From contig JAVVEA010000003.1 in the NCBI GenBank assembly GCA_032250835.1, forward strand, positions 194,265-258,264: DNA of 64,000 bases, written 5' to 3'. Origin of the DNA: a bacterium. GTDB lineage: Bacteria > SAR324 > XYD2-FULL-50-16. The translations under genes and the position numbers were made by a program. Numbering within the stretch: the first letter of the stretch is position 1; the number at the start of each line of letters is the position of its first letter. The notes below the pieces were generated by a model that searched no databases, was not told the origin of the DNA, and saw only the letters and a program-made list of their open reading frames with translations. Below, in pieces: positions 47,657 to 57,882 of this stretch.

Positions 47657-50289
47657 AGTTCTTCGATCCCTTCGGTCGGGGCCGCGCCATAGGGGCTACC
47701 CGGCGGGGTGGCGACTGGCGGTGGCGCTAGGGACGGGCTGCTGTCCTGGTCGGCGTTGAGGTCCGCTTCTTCGGGCGGGGCCTCGTCGCTGGGTGCCTCG
47801 GAATCACCCTGGTCTTCAGGGGTGCTGTAGTAGTCCGTTAAGCCAGTGTCGGCGTCTTGGTGGCAGTGGATCGGTTGGGTGCCACCTTTAAAGAATTCAA
47901 ACTCCGCTTTGGGATGTTCGTCGCAGTCCAGTAGCCCCGAATCGGGCACAATTTTGACCATCTGGATTCCGTTGGGCTGGCTAAAAGGCAGTACCGGAAG
48001 GGTCTTGAGGCTAGCGGTCATGAAGTCTACCCAGATAGGTGCGGCGGCGCGAGAGCCGGTCTCTAGGTTGCCCAAGCTTTTTTGGGTGTCGTCAAAGCCC
48101 ACATAGACGCCCGCCAAAAGCTGGGGCGCAAAGCCCATGAACCAAGCGTCGGTATAATTGTTGGTGGTGCCCGTCTTCCCGGCGACCGGACGCCCCAGAG
48201 CTTGAGCTCTAAAGCCTGAGCCCCGCTTGACGACGTCTTGCAGGGTCAAGGTGGTCAAGAAGGCGGTCTCGCTGTTTAACACGGCCTGCTCACGGTAACT
48301 TTCTTGGTTGAGCAAAACCTTTCCCTCTGGGGTTTCGATGCGCCGCACAAAGCGCGGCTCGATCAGCTTGCCCCCGTTGGCGAAGACCGCATAGGTCCGA
48401 GCCAATTCTTTGAGGGTCACTGAAGCGGTGCCCAGCCCGAGGGTCAGGTCTTCGGGCAATTCGGCGGTAATGCCCAGTTTGCGGGCGTGGGCAATGATCT
48501 TGTCAATGCCCAGCGACATGGTCAGGCGGATGGTGGGTACATTTTTGCTGTGGGCCAACGCATTTTTCAGCGAAATCTTTCCTTTAAAGCTCTTAGAGAA
48601 GTTGCCGGGCCGCCACTGGGTGTCTTTAAAGACCAGCGGCGTGTCGTCTAACATGCTCGCACGGGTGAAGCTGCCGTCCAAGGCCAAGGAATAGACGATG
48701 GGCTTAAAGGCCGAGCCGGGCTGGCGTTGTGCCTGGATGGCCCGGTTATACTCGCTGCCCGCAAAATCAAATCCGCCAGACATGGCGTATACTTCGTTGT
48801 TGCGAGGGTCCATGGCCAGGATGGCCCCGTTGGCTTCAGGCGTTTGGGTCAGCTTAAGTGCAAAACCCTGGTTTTCGCCTTGGTGGTCTTCTAGAGTCAC
48901 CTCAACCAAGTCGCCTTCCTTTAATATGTCGCGCAGGTCCCGGAGCCGGGTCCGCCAATTAAGCGAAGTTTGATAATCGACGGGCCGCGCCCAGCGGTGG
49001 TCCTCTAGATAGATATGGCCCTCCTGCTGGCCGAGATCGACCAGCGCCCGGTTAGGGCCCACTTCGCGCACCACGCCCACTGCATGGCCACCCAAGAGGA
49101 AGTGGTTTTCGAGGGTGGCATCTTCGATCTTGGCTTCGAAGGTTTCCTTAAGCTGTTTGCGGCTGTCTTCTTCGATAGACTTCCAGACTGACGCCACCCG
49201 GCCCGTTTGTTCGTCAAAAAAGCGATCATCTAGGTTGGCTTCGTCGCCCACTTCGCGCCAAAGGTTGCGTAGTGCCCCCCGGTATCCTTGGCGGTGGTCG
49301 TGATCATAAAGCCCTTTGGCTAGGGATTGTTGCGCGGCGATCTGCATCTTGAGGTCCATGAAGGTATAAATCTTCATGCCCCCGGTGTACAACATATCCA
49401 TCCCGTAAAGGTCCAAGACCATCCGGCGGATGTGTTCGGTATAATAGCTGGCCTCGTTGCTGTCTTCGCTCTTGCCGAGTTTGAGCACAATGGGCTTTTC
49501 CTGGGCTTCTTTGGCTTGCTCTTCGGTGATGTAGCCCTGGTAAGCCATAGCTCCCAAAACTAAATTCCGCCGTCTAACGGCGTTTTTCATGCTCGCTGTC
49601 GGAGCCCAGCGGCTTGGAGCCTGCGGCAGACCGGCCAAGAGGGCGGCTTCTTCAAGTTCCAGTTCCCTTGCGGACTTGCTGAAATATCCCTGGGCCGCCG
49701 CTTCAATGCCATAGGCCCCGTGGCCGAAGTAGGCTTTATTGAGGTAAAGTTCCAGGATTTGGTTTTTGGTGAACCGGCTTTCGATTTGTACGGCCAGCAA
49801 TAATTCACGGACCTTGCGGATGATTTTCTTTTCTGATGAAAGCAAAAACATCTTGGCGGTCTGTTGGGTCAGCGTCGAGGCTCCCTGGGCAAAGTCCATC
49901 TTGATCACGTCGATGACCACCGCCTTGGCGATGCGGATCAGGTCAATGCCGTAATGGGAATAAAACCGGCTGTCTTCAATAGACAGCAGGGCCTGGGTCA
50001 TCACCGGCGGGACTTCGTCATAGGGGATCAAGACCCTCCGTTTGGTGTAAAATTCGGTCACCAAACGGCCATTGCGGTCGTAGACCTGAGTGGGGAGGTC
50101 GTACTTGGGCTTTTCCAGTTCGCTTAAGTTGGGCAGCGATAAAGACAGGTACAACAAAAAGACCAGCAACAACGAACCCCCCAGGATGGCCAAATAAACC
50201 AACCGCACGACCCAACGGACCAAAAGCGGGTGGCGGGATTCAAGCCGGACCAAGAGGTCCGGGCGGATGGGTAGATTCGAATAAGCCAT
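47653..50289 (-). CDS. mrcA: Class A penicillin-binding protein 1A
   Basis: EDSRFY, GASTLTQQ, LYLN; OB insert; SAFK, SKN, KTG motifs. Confidence 0.93.
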   Translation of the reverse strand: MAYSNLPIRPDLLVRLESRHPLLVRWVVRLVYLAILGGSLLLVFLLYLSLSLPNLSELEKPKYDLPTQVYDRNGRLVTEFYTKRRVLIPYDEVPPVMTQALLSIEDSRFYSHYGIDLIRIAKAVVIDVIKMDFAQGASTLTQQTAKMFLLSSEKKIIRKVRELLLAVQIESRFTKNQILELYLNKAYFGHGAYGIEAAAQGYFSKSARELELEEAALLAGLPQAPSRWAPTASMKNAVRRRNLVLGAMAYQGYITEEQAKEAQEKPIVLKLGKSEDSNEASYYTEHIRRMVLDLYGMDMLYTGGMKIYTFMDLKMQIAAQQSLAKGLYDHDHRQGYRGALRNLWREVGDEANLDDRFFDEQTGRVASVWKSIEEDSRKQLKETFEAKIEDATLENHFLLGGHAVGVVREVGPNRALVDLGQQEGHIYLEDHRWARPVDYQTSLNWRTRLRDLRDILKEGDLVEVTLEDHQGENQGFALKLTQTPEANGAILAMDPRNNEVYAMSGGFDFAGSEYNRAIQAQRQPGSAFKPIVYSLALDGSFTRASMLDDTPLVFKDTQWRPGNFSKSFKGKISLKNALAHSKNVPTIRLTMSLGIDKIIAHARKLGITAELPEDLTLGLGTASVTLKELARTYAVFANGGKLIEPRFVRRIETPEGKVLLNQESYREQAVLNSETAFLTTLTLQDVVKRGSGFRAQALGRPVAGKTGTTNNYTDAWFMGFAPQLLAGVYVGFDDTQKSLGNLETGSRAAAPIWVDFMTASLKTLPVLPFSQPNGIQMVKIVPDSGLLDCDEHPKAEFEFFKGGTQPIHCHQDADTGLTDYYSTPEDQGDSEAPSDEAPPEEADLNADQDSSPSLAPPPVATPPGSPYGAAPTEGIEEL

Positions 50290-50291
50290 GC

Positions 50292-51365
50292 TTAAAGCAG
50301 GTATAGATGGTTTTTATGGACCACCACCGCTCCTTGCGGTTTGGTGGAGACCAACTCTTTGGTGGTCTTGCTGTCTGCTTGGGCCAGACCGACGCCAATA
50401 CGGATTCCAGCGGTATTTTGGATCATCAGCACCGCCTTCTTTTCAAAGTCCCCTTCGACTGAAGCCACGCCCACGGCGAGCAGGCTCTTGTTTTGGCGCA
50501 GCGCTTTCTCGGCCCCGGCATCGACCACTAAACGGCCCATAGTTTCGGCGTGGTGCAACATCCAGCCGCCCTTGGGCCCTGGACCGCGCTTGTCTTGGGG
50601 TAAGAAGAGGGTACCGATCTTTTCGCCCCGTACCGCTTTGAGCAGATTGCCCGGTTCTTTGCCACTGGTGACGATGGTGCGGATGCCCTGGCGCATGGCC
50701 AAATCGGCTGCCTTCAGCTTGCTGAGCATGCCTCCGGTGCCGCCCGAAGACAGTGAATCTTGGCAATATTCCACTAATTCTGGGCTGATTTCTTTTACTT
50801 CTTCGATCAACACAGCCTTGGGGTCTTGGCCCGGATCGCCGGTGTAAAATCCCTGGATTACACTCAGGACCACCAATAGGTCCACCTGCAACATAGCAGC
50901 GGTCAGCGCCGCCAGTTGGTCGTTGTCCGAAAAGGTGGTTTCCTCAAAGCTAACCACATCGTTTTCGTTGATGATCGGCAGGATGTCGTTGCGTAGTAGG
51001 CCTTCTAAGGTAGATAAAATGTTCTGGTGCGCTGCGGGGTGTTTGAAGTCGTAGCGGGTGATCAATGCCTGGGCGGGTAAGACGCCTTGCTCTTTAAAAA
51101 AGTCGGAATATACCTGAAACAAACGCCCCTGACCGATGGCGGCGAGCATTTGTTTTTTGACCACCGGGTCCTTCTCTTTGGCGAAGTCGTTAAATTCCTG
51201 CCCAGCGCCACAGGCCCCGGAACTGACCAAGATCACCTCGGCATCTTGGCGGATTTCGCAGATCTGCAGAACCAAGTCGGAGATTTGGTTGTAGTCGAGT
51301 CGGCCATCTTTGCGGGTGAGGACGTTGGTGCCTACCTTAACCAAAATGCGCTTTTTTTCTTTCAA
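50292..51365 (-). CDS. proB: Glutamate 5-kinase
   Basis: VKVGT, VSSGA, AAIGQ, INEND, DNDQL, GTGGM..K; PUA domain. Confidence 0.96.
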   Translation of the reverse strand: MKEKKRILVKVGTNVLTRKDGRLDYNQISDLVLQICEIRQDAEVILVSSGACGAGQEFNDFAKEKDPVVKKQMLAAIGQGRLFQVYSDFFKEQGVLPAQALITRYDFKHPAAHQNILSTLEGLLRNDILPIINENDVVSFEETTFSDNDQLAALTAAMLQVDLLVVLSVIQGFYTGDPGQDPKAVLIEEVKEISPELVEYCQDSLSSGGTGGMLSKLKAADLAMRQGIRTIVTSGKEPGNLLKAVRGEKIGTLFLPQDKRGPGPKGGWMLHHAETMGRLVVDAGAEKALRQNKSLLAVGVASVEGDFEKKAVLMIQNTAGIRIGVGLAQADSKTTKELVSTKPQGAVVVHKNHLYLL

Positions 51366-51997
51366 CGCTCGTCCTGCTGGGGCGGTTCGGGGTTTAAGTC
51401 TTGGTTCGCCGCCTCGGGTGCGGCCCAGGTTTCTGCTTCTGCTTCGGCCTCTAGGCTCTCGGGCGAAACCTGACGGTGTTCGGAAAGATCATATTCTTCG
51501 GGCCGGGGCAGGTCCTTTAGGTCTTTGAGCCCGAAGGCCTCCAAAAAGCGGCGGCTGGTGCCGAATAACATGGGCCGCCCCGGTGCGTCGAGTTTGCCGG
51601 TGATACGGAGCAGGTCGCGTTCTAACAGACTCTTGACGGCATAAGAGGAGTCCACGCCCCGGATTTCTTCAATCGCCGCACGGGTGACCGGTTGTTTGTA
51701 GGCAATGATCGCCAGGGTTTCCATCAACCCCGGACTGAGCCGCACCTGCCGCACCGATTTGGACTGTAAGACCCATTCTTTATAGGCCATTCGGGTGCGC
51801 AACAAAAAGCCGCCGCCCACCTCGACCAACTCAAAGGCCCGGCCCTGTTGGTTGTATTCCTCTTGAAGCCGCGCTAGATGGCCGCGGACTTCGGATTTTT
51901 CTAGCTCCAATAACTTGGCGATTTCCGGCACACTCAACCCTTGACGGGAGCTGAATAACAGGGCTTCAACAATTTGAGTAGTTTGGGGCCGATTCAT
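51362..51997 (-). CDS. scpB: SMC-Scp complex subunit ScpB
   Basis: VEALLF, ETLAIIAYKQPVTR..IEEIRGV, PGRP..FGT. Confidence 0.95.
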   Translation of the reverse strand: MNRPQTTQIVEALLFSSRQGLSVPEIAKLLELEKSEVRGHLARLQEEYNQQGRAFELVEVGGGFLLRTRMAYKEWVLQSKSVRQVRLSPGLMETLAIIAYKQPVTRAAIEEIRGVDSSYAVKSLLERDLLRITGKLDAPGRPMLFGTSRRFLEAFGLKDLKDLPRPEEYDLSEHRQVSPESLEAEAEAETWAAPEAANQDLNPEPPQQDER

Positions 51998-52144
51998 CAG
52001 GTATTTGGGGCCTGGGTTAAAGGTCCCTCCTTCTTAACAAATCCACAAGAACCCGTCCATAGCCGAGCACTGCCCTGGCATGGACAAGGGCAGGTGGTTG
52101 GTCTATGCTGGTTCTTTAAGCGACCCATACATTTTAGGAGCAAG

Positions 52145-52657
52145 ATGGAGTCAACCAGGGGCATCAATTTGCACCCCAGCGTCCGGATGGGCCAGAATGT
52201 GGTCACCACCGGCAATTTGTCGATCGGCGAGAACAGCTCCGTTTGGCATAATTGCACCCTGCGCGGGGACGTAGAGCCGATCACCATCGGCAAAAATTGC
52301 AACATCCAAGACAACACGGTCCTGCATGGCCAGTTGGGCAAACATGACGTCAAACTGGGCGACAACGTTTCGGTCGGTCATGGCTGCATCTTACATGGCT
52401 GTGAATTGGCGGACCATAGCTTTGTGGGGATGGGGGCGATTGTGATGAACGGGGCTTACATCGGCTCTTATGTATTAGTCGCCGCTGGGTCCTTGGTGCC
52501 TGAGGGCAAGCGTTTTGAAGACCCCTATACTTTGGTGATGGGCCGGCCGGCCAAAGCGGTCCGAGCGCTGAACGAACGTGAAATTGCCATGATCGAAGGC
52601 ACCCCCCAGCGTTATTTGGACTATGCCCAACGTTGGCTCCCGCCTCAACCGGCTTGA
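52145..52657 (+). CDS. Gamma carbonic anhydrase family protein
   Basis: LRGD, NIQDN.VLH, VGH..ILHGC; start refined to ATG 52145 after AGGAG. Confidence 0.92.
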   Translation: MESTRGINLHPSVRMGQNVVTTGNLSIGENSSVWHNCTLRGDVEPITIGKNCNIQDNTVLHGQLGKHDVKLGDNVSVGHGCILHGCELADHSFVGMGAIVMNGAYIGSYVLVAAGSLVPEGKRFEDPYTLVMGRPAKAVRALNEREIAMIEGTPQRYLDYAQRWLPPQPA

Positions 52658-52667
52658 GATAAAGCCC

Positions 52668-53639
52668 ATGCCCAAAGACGCCCAGTACGATCTATATAAA
52701 AAACAAAAATCTACTGCCTTAAAGCCACTGCGCCACTGGGCCGAGTGGGTTTTATTGGCCAGTTTTAAGGGCTTTTGTTCGACCCTGTCGATAGGGACCA
52801 ACCAGCGGATGGGGCGGGCTTTGGGGCGTTTGATCTATCGTTTTGCCAAGCGAGATTTAGGCGTCGGGCGTTACCAACTCTCCTTTGCACTGCCCGAGTT
52901 AGACGAAGACCAGCGCGAATCCTTGATGCTAGAATGCGCTGAAAATGTGGGCCAAACCCTCTTCGAGGCGTTGGCGATTGACCGCTTTGCTAAAGACCCG
53001 GACCGCTGGATTGAGCTTCAAGGGCGCGAGGTGGTCGAGTCAATCAAGGCCTCGGGCAGCGGGGCGTTGCTGCTCTTTGGGCACTTCGGCAATTGGGAGT
53101 TGATCCCGGTGGTTTATCAGATGTTAGACATCCATGGTCTGGCCCCCGAGAGCCCCATTGGGGCCGAAAAGCTCGACCGGATGCTGGTGGCCAACCGTAC
53201 CAACGACCATTTTACCGTAATCCCCAGGGGTACCGGCAATTCGGCCAAAGAATTACTTAAAAGCTTCAAACACGGCGGTTTTTACCTAATGGCCATCGAC
53301 CAAGACTTGGCGCGGGTTAAAAACCACTTTGTGGATTTCTTCGGAAAACCAGCGGCGACCGCCAAGGGGGCGGCGACCTTGGCCCAGAAATTTAAAGTCC
53401 CCGTTTTGAGCCTCTTTGGCCAGCGGTTGGCCGACGGACGGCACCTCTACCGAATTTGTTTGCTCGCTGAGCCGCCTTACCAAGGGGGTGAGGAAGAAAA
53501 CCTCAGGTTGACCCAAAGTTTTTCCTCGGCCTACGAAGCCCATATCCGGACATCGCCCGGCCAATGGGTCTGGTTCCACCGCCGCTGGAAGACCCGCCCC
53601 GAAGACCCTGTGTCCGATTCGAGCGAGGAATTGCCATGA
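52668..53639 (+). CDS. lpxL: Lipid A late acyltransferase (LpxL/HtrB family)
   Basis: HFGNWE, DQD, FFG, PGQWVWFHRRWK. Confidence 0.88.
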   Translation: MPKDAQYDLYKKQKSTALKPLRHWAEWVLLASFKGFCSTLSIGTNQRMGRALGRLIYRFAKRDLGVGRYQLSFALPELDEDQRESLMLECAENVGQTLFEALAIDRFAKDPDRWIELQGREVVESIKASGSGALLLFGHFGNWELIPVVYQMLDIHGLAPESPIGAEKLDRMLVANRTNDHFTVIPRGTGNSAKELLKSFKHGGFYLMAIDQDLARVKNHFVDFFGKPAATAKGAATLAQKFKVPVLSLFGQRLADGRHLYRICLLAEPPYQGGEEENLRLTQSFSSAYEAHIRTSPGQWVWFHRRWKTRPEDPVSDSSEELP

Positions 53640-54169
53640 ACCGGGTGGTCGTCATAGGTCTAGCCTTAGGCTTCTTGGTGGGCCTAGCCTTGTTTTTGGT
53701 GGAGCCCGAAGTGCCGGAACGCGCAGAGGACCCGTCGGGGCCCGAGCCGGCGGTTTTGAGCCAGATTGAGATCAAAGACTATGACCAATCGCGCCTTAAA
53801 TTGCGGGTCTATGCCGCGCGGGCCGAGGTTTTTGAAGAAACCGAAGTGACCCGTTTGACCCAGGTGCATGGCATCCTTTTACCAGAAAAGCTTGGGGGCG
53901 AGTCCACCCGCTTTAAAGCCGCCTTCGGTAAACTAGAAGGCAAGACTAAACGGGTCACCTTGACTGGAGATATCCGCATCGAGTTACCCCGTGGCCGGGT
54001 GATCCTGACCCAGATTTTATATTTCGACCAGGAAAAGGAACTGCTTTGGGGGGATCAGCCCCTGCGGATGCTGGGCCCTGGGGATCAGGTGGACGCTGCG
54101 GGCTTGACCTACCAGCTCAAAGATGCCTTTTTGACGCTCGATCAGCCAGCGGTAGAGGTGGAGTTATGA
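53636..54169 (+). CDS. lptC: LPS export protein LptC
   Basis: Single N-terminal TM then jellyroll-like strands; context lpxL-lptC-lptA. Confidence 0.75.
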   Translation: MNRVVVIGLALGFLVGLALFLVEPEVPERAEDPSGPEPAVLSQIEIKDYDQSRLKLRVYAARAEVFEETEVTRLTQVHGILLPEKLGGESTRFKAAFGKLEGKTKRVTLTGDIRIELPRGRVILTQILYFDQEKELLWGDQPLRMLGPGDQVDAAGLTYQLKDAFLTLDQPAVEVEL

Positions 54170-55029
54170 AAGCTTGGCTTTGCCTCATTTGTTTGCTTTT
54201 GCCGCTGCCTGCTGTGGCCCAATCCAAGGCCAGTCTGGTGGGTATCCAGATGTTGGTGGATAAGGAAAAGGGGCACATGACGGTGATCGGGGAGGTGGTG
54301 GTGCGCCAGGAGGCCCGCGAGATGGTCTTAACGGCCGACCGACTGGAACTGGAGCGTGACACCATCAGCGACGAGATCACCTTTGCTAAGGCCAGCGGTT
54401 CGGTGGTGGTCCACCAGAAAGACGGCTTCGCCCAGTTCGACCAAGGCCAATTTGACCGGAATTTAAATCTGGTGCTGGCTGAAGGAAACTTGGTGCTAGG
54501 CGACCAGCAGACCCGAGTGACCGGGCACCGCGCCCGCTACGACTTGGACCGTAAAACCGCCCAGGTCACCCCTCTGCCCGGTGCACAGGTGCACTTTGAG
54601 CTACAAAAAAAGTCTCAGCTCAACCCGGGCGAGTATTCGCAGGTTAAGGGACAGGCAAGCGAGATCTTACTGTTTGAGGCCGTACGCAAAGCGGTCTTGC
54701 AAGGGGCGGTGGCTTTAAGGGACGAGGAGGAAATGGCCGATTTGAGCGCTCAGCGGTTGGTGCTCTTTTTGGACCAAAACGACGAACTTGAGGAAATCAC
54801 CGCCTCTGGCGGATTCCGGATGGCCCAACCGGGGCGTAAGTCCAAGTCGGACCGAGCGGTGCTGGATTACCGCAAGCGGATTGTGACTCTTTTGGGTAAT
54901 GCTGAGGTCTCTCAGGTGGACGAAGGCCGGGTGGAGGGAGACCGGATCGAGATGTATATGGATGTAGACAAGGGTCTGGTCCAGGGTAAGCACCGCCAGC
55001 CGGTGCGGATTGAAATCCCGCTCAACTGA
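54166..55029 (+). CDS. lptA: LptA/OstA-like periplasmic protein, apparently two tandem jellyroll domains
   Basis: Signal peptide; two OstA-like units (G.VVV.Q…LTADRL…ASGSV; G.V.L…LSAQRL…ASGGF…LLGNA.V.Q). Confidence 0.65.
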   Translation: MKAWLCLICLLLPLPAVAQSKASLVGIQMLVDKEKGHMTVIGEVVVRQEAREMVLTADRLELERDTISDEITFAKASGSVVVHQKDGFAQFDQGQFDRNLNLVLAEGNLVLGDQQTRVTGHRARYDLDRKTAQVTPLPGAQVHFELQKKSQLNPGEYSQVKGQASEILLFEAVRKAVLQGAVALRDEEEMADLSAQRLVLFLDQNDELEEITASGGFRMAQPGRKSKSDRAVLDYRKRIVTLLGNAEVSQVDEGRVEGDRIEMYMDVDKGLVQGKHRQPVRIEIPLN

Positions 55030-57458
55030 TGTCGTTCTGTCAATCGCCCGCCGAGGCCCGCGAACTGATCCGCCTTTGGAAGGCCCAGTTGCTGGTCGAG
55101 GAAGCACTAGGCCAGAGCTTGCTGCCCGTGCGGCCCGAGGTGGCCCGGTTGGAAGGGCGCAATTACTTTAAGTTGGGCTTGGGCGAGGAGGCCCGTAACT
55201 TTTTGTTGCGCCAAGACACCGAACTGAAGGTCCCGCTGGGCGGAGAAGAACTACCTTTCTTGGCCTATCTGCTCAAAGAAGACCGCATCCGCAAGCGGTA
55301 CCGATTACCAACGGACCACGAAATTTGGGTTGGCTTTCCTAGCCTTTATTTTAAGGACCGCTATGGCAAAGCCCAATTGGCCAGCCTATTCCGCTTCCCG
55401 TTGGCTGAAACCAAGTACCCAGACCTGAATATTGAGTTGGGCCCTGAGGCCAGCCTCCCGCCGGGTGAACACTCATTAAAGCTGGTCCAAGAGGAACTGG
55501 CCTCCCAGGAGTCGCCCTATTTTTTAGATGAGCTGTTCCTAACCGAAAGGTTGGGGCTCTTGGACGAAGAGATTATTGCGCTGCGCCGCAAGGGGCACGC
55601 CGAGGACTCGGGACCGGAGCAACTTTTTTTGGCGCTCTTAGAAGCCTTGGACGGCCAGACCGCCGAAACCTTGGACTGGGATCAGGCCTTAGGCCGCCTG
55701 GGCACGGCTTTGGCCCAGCGGGCTCATTTGGGCGGTCCGACCCGCCTCTTTCCCTATGCGCTGGTCTATGAACTAGACCAGGGGCAACCGACCCGCAACC
55801 TGCAACGGGACCTGGACGATATTTTAGAGCTGGATCTGCTCGACGAGTTGGAAGACCTCAGCCCCGCCGCCGCCTATCTTTACGGGCACCACCAAGAAGA
55901 AGCTAAAGAGGTGCGCCCGCTGGCTCAGGTGGACCGCCACGAGCTGACCCCCAGTCAGGCCCAGGCCTTGTCCTTGGCCCTGGGCCGTCGCTTTAGCGTG
56001 ATCGGTGGCCCGCCGGGCACCGGCAAGACTCAGGTGATCAAAAACCTGCTGGCCCACCGGTTGGTTAAGTTTGCTGCTTCTTTAGAAGACCCCTCGCACC
56101 GGGCCCTTGGGCTTAGCGCGGTGACGCTGGTGGCGAGCACCAACAACCGCGCGGTGGACAACGCCTTAGAAGGACTGGACGAACCGGATTTGCTACCGGT
56201 TAATTTAAGGCTGGGCAGCCGCCTGCTCTTGGTCCAGCGGACCTTAGGCTTTTTGAGCGAATACCACCGCCGCCTGGCCGAGGCTGACCCCGGCCAGGGC
56301 TTACGCGACTTTAACCGCTACCGCGACCAACTGGCGGCGGCGCTTAAATCAGCGGCTGAGCCCGAAGCCGCGCCTTCGCGTCATTTATATTTGCTAGGCC
56401 GGAAGCTGATCGATGCCTATGCCCGCGCCAACCAGACCGAGGCCCTAAAAATCCTAGAGGTCTTGATTGAGGATATCGAGGGCAAGCGGGGCCTCAAGGC
56501 GCTCAAACGTAAAGAAACAGCGGACCTGATTTTTGCCCTTTTCCCGTTGATCGGTTCGACCCTACTCTCGCTGCGTAACACCTTTGAGCTGGATACCGAG
56601 ACCTTGGGCCTGTTGGTGATCGACGAGGCGGGCCAATGTGCGCCCCATTATGTTTTGCCGGCTTTGCTCTTGGCCCGCCATGCCGTATTGTTGGGTGACC
56701 CCCGGCAATTAGAACCCATCGCCCGGATGCGGGCCGAAGAGTTAGAGTCCTTGCGTAAGTCTCGTAAGATCAAGTTGGAACCCGAACAGGCTCGCTTCGC
56801 CTGCCTCTTTGTGGAGCAGCCCCGCTCGGCCCAATCGGTGGCCCAAGAGGCGGTTGAAGAGGTCTTCCCGCTGCGCGAACATTTCCGCTGCCGCCCCGAG
56901 ATCATTGAGGTCTGTACCGATCTTTGTGGTTATGACCTGCACCTCAAACGCGAATCAGGGCTGTCTCTGACCGGACCGGCGCTGCAATACCTGGAGGTGC
57001 TCGGGCCTGAGCAGCGCTACGGTGGAAGTTGGTGGAATCCGCTAGAGGTGGATCATCTGTTGGTGCTTTTGGAACGCTTCCGGGGGATGGGGTTTGAATG
57101 GGGCCAAATGGCGGTGCTGACGCCCTTTCGGGGGCAGCTAGTGTTCATCAATCAAGCCTTAAGCCGCTCGCGCATCCCCCATCAGTCCGGTGAAGGCGGT
57201 GGCGAACGGGCCGACGCCGTGGCCACCGGGACGGTCCACCGCTTCCAGGGTGGCGAACGCCCCTTGGTCTTTTTCTCCCAAGTGATCAGTGACGGCGACC
57301 CGGTCTTCCTTAATTCGCGGGTCAACCTGCTCAACGTGGCCCTTTCGAGGGCCCAAGAGCATTTTTGTTACCTCGGCAGCCTCGACTCCTTGGCGCGGGG
57401 CCCCTTCACGAGTATCCTTGCCCAACACTTACGGGCTAAGGGCAAGCGTCTCAATTAG
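55029..57458 (+). CDS. Superfamily 1 (Upf1/DNA2-like) helicase
   Basis: Q motif SQAQA, GPPGTGKT, STNNRAVDN, IDEAGQ, GDPRQL, EHFRC, TPFRGQ, TVHRFQG.E, NVALSRA. Confidence 0.9.
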   Translation: MSFCQSPAEARELIRLWKAQLLVEEALGQSLLPVRPEVARLEGRNYFKLGLGEEARNFLLRQDTELKVPLGGEELPFLAYLLKEDRIRKRYRLPTDHEIWVGFPSLYFKDRYGKAQLASLFRFPLAETKYPDLNIELGPEASLPPGEHSLKLVQEELASQESPYFLDELFLTERLGLLDEEIIALRRKGHAEDSGPEQLFLALLEALDGQTAETLDWDQALGRLGTALAQRAHLGGPTRLFPYALVYELDQGQPTRNLQRDLDDILELDLLDELEDLSPAAAYLYGHHQEEAKEVRPLAQVDRHELTPSQAQALSLALGRRFSVIGGPPGTGKTQVIKNLLAHRLVKFAASLEDPSHRALGLSAVTLVASTNNRAVDNALEGLDEPDLLPVNLRLGSRLLLVQRTLGFLSEYHRRLAEADPGQGLRDFNRYRDQLAAALKSAAEPEAAPSRHLYLLGRKLIDAYARANQTEALKILEVLIEDIEGKRGLKALKRKETADLIFALFPLIGSTLLSLRNTFELDTETLGLLVIDEAGQCAPHYVLPALLLARHAVLLGDPRQLEPIARMRAEELESLRKSRKIKLEPEQARFACLFVEQPRSAQSVAQEAVEEVFPLREHFRCRPEIIEVCTDLCGYDLHLKRESGLSLTGPALQYLEVLGPEQRYGGSWWNPLEVDHLLVLLERFRGMGFEWGQMAVLTPFRGQLVFINQALSRSRIPHQSGEGGGERADAVATGTVHRFQGGERPLVFFSQVISDGDPVFLNSRVNLLNVALSRAQEHFCYLGSLDSLARGPFTSILAQHLRAKGKRLN

Positions 57459-57832
57459 GCCGGAACAGCGCCCCCTCGTGATAGGAGAGAGGTTAAAGGC
57501 GGCCCAGAAAGGAGCAAGTCCCAAAAAATCCATTGCCTTTAGCGGTTTTCCAGATCCTGGATAGCGCAAAAGTGCGGATTCAAGAGAGCCCCAGAACGCC
57601 AGCCCCGCGCTGGCTTTCCCCCCGATCAAGCCAGCGAAGCGATGCTTAGGGGCGTATCGGAAAGCAAAATAACCCAATGCCCCGCTTGGCTGTTGCGCTT
57701 ACAATAAAAGGTATTTCGATGGAGAATGGAATTAACCCGTCAGCCTTAGCCCCTACTATCCTCTCCACCCTCATTCCAGCCCCAAAGAAAGCCCCCGGTG
57801 ATATTGCCGCAAAGAACTGGGTTCCAATTTAT

Positions 57833-57861
57833 TTGACAAGGCAGTTGTCATAAAATATCTT
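57833..57861 (+). promoter_or_regulatory. Sigma70 promoter with overlapping palindromic operator for MarR gene
   Basis: TTGACA-17bp-TATCTT; inverted repeat TGACAA-N5-TTGTCA (57834-57850). Confidence 0.7.
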
Positions 57862-57882
57862 GGACCCCAAAACGGAGGTGTT

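Noticed and set aside
57484-57520. GGAGAGA…GAAAGGAGCAA glycine-riboswitch-like words
   Set aside because: No downstream CTCTCAGG or closing P1; no relevant downstream gene
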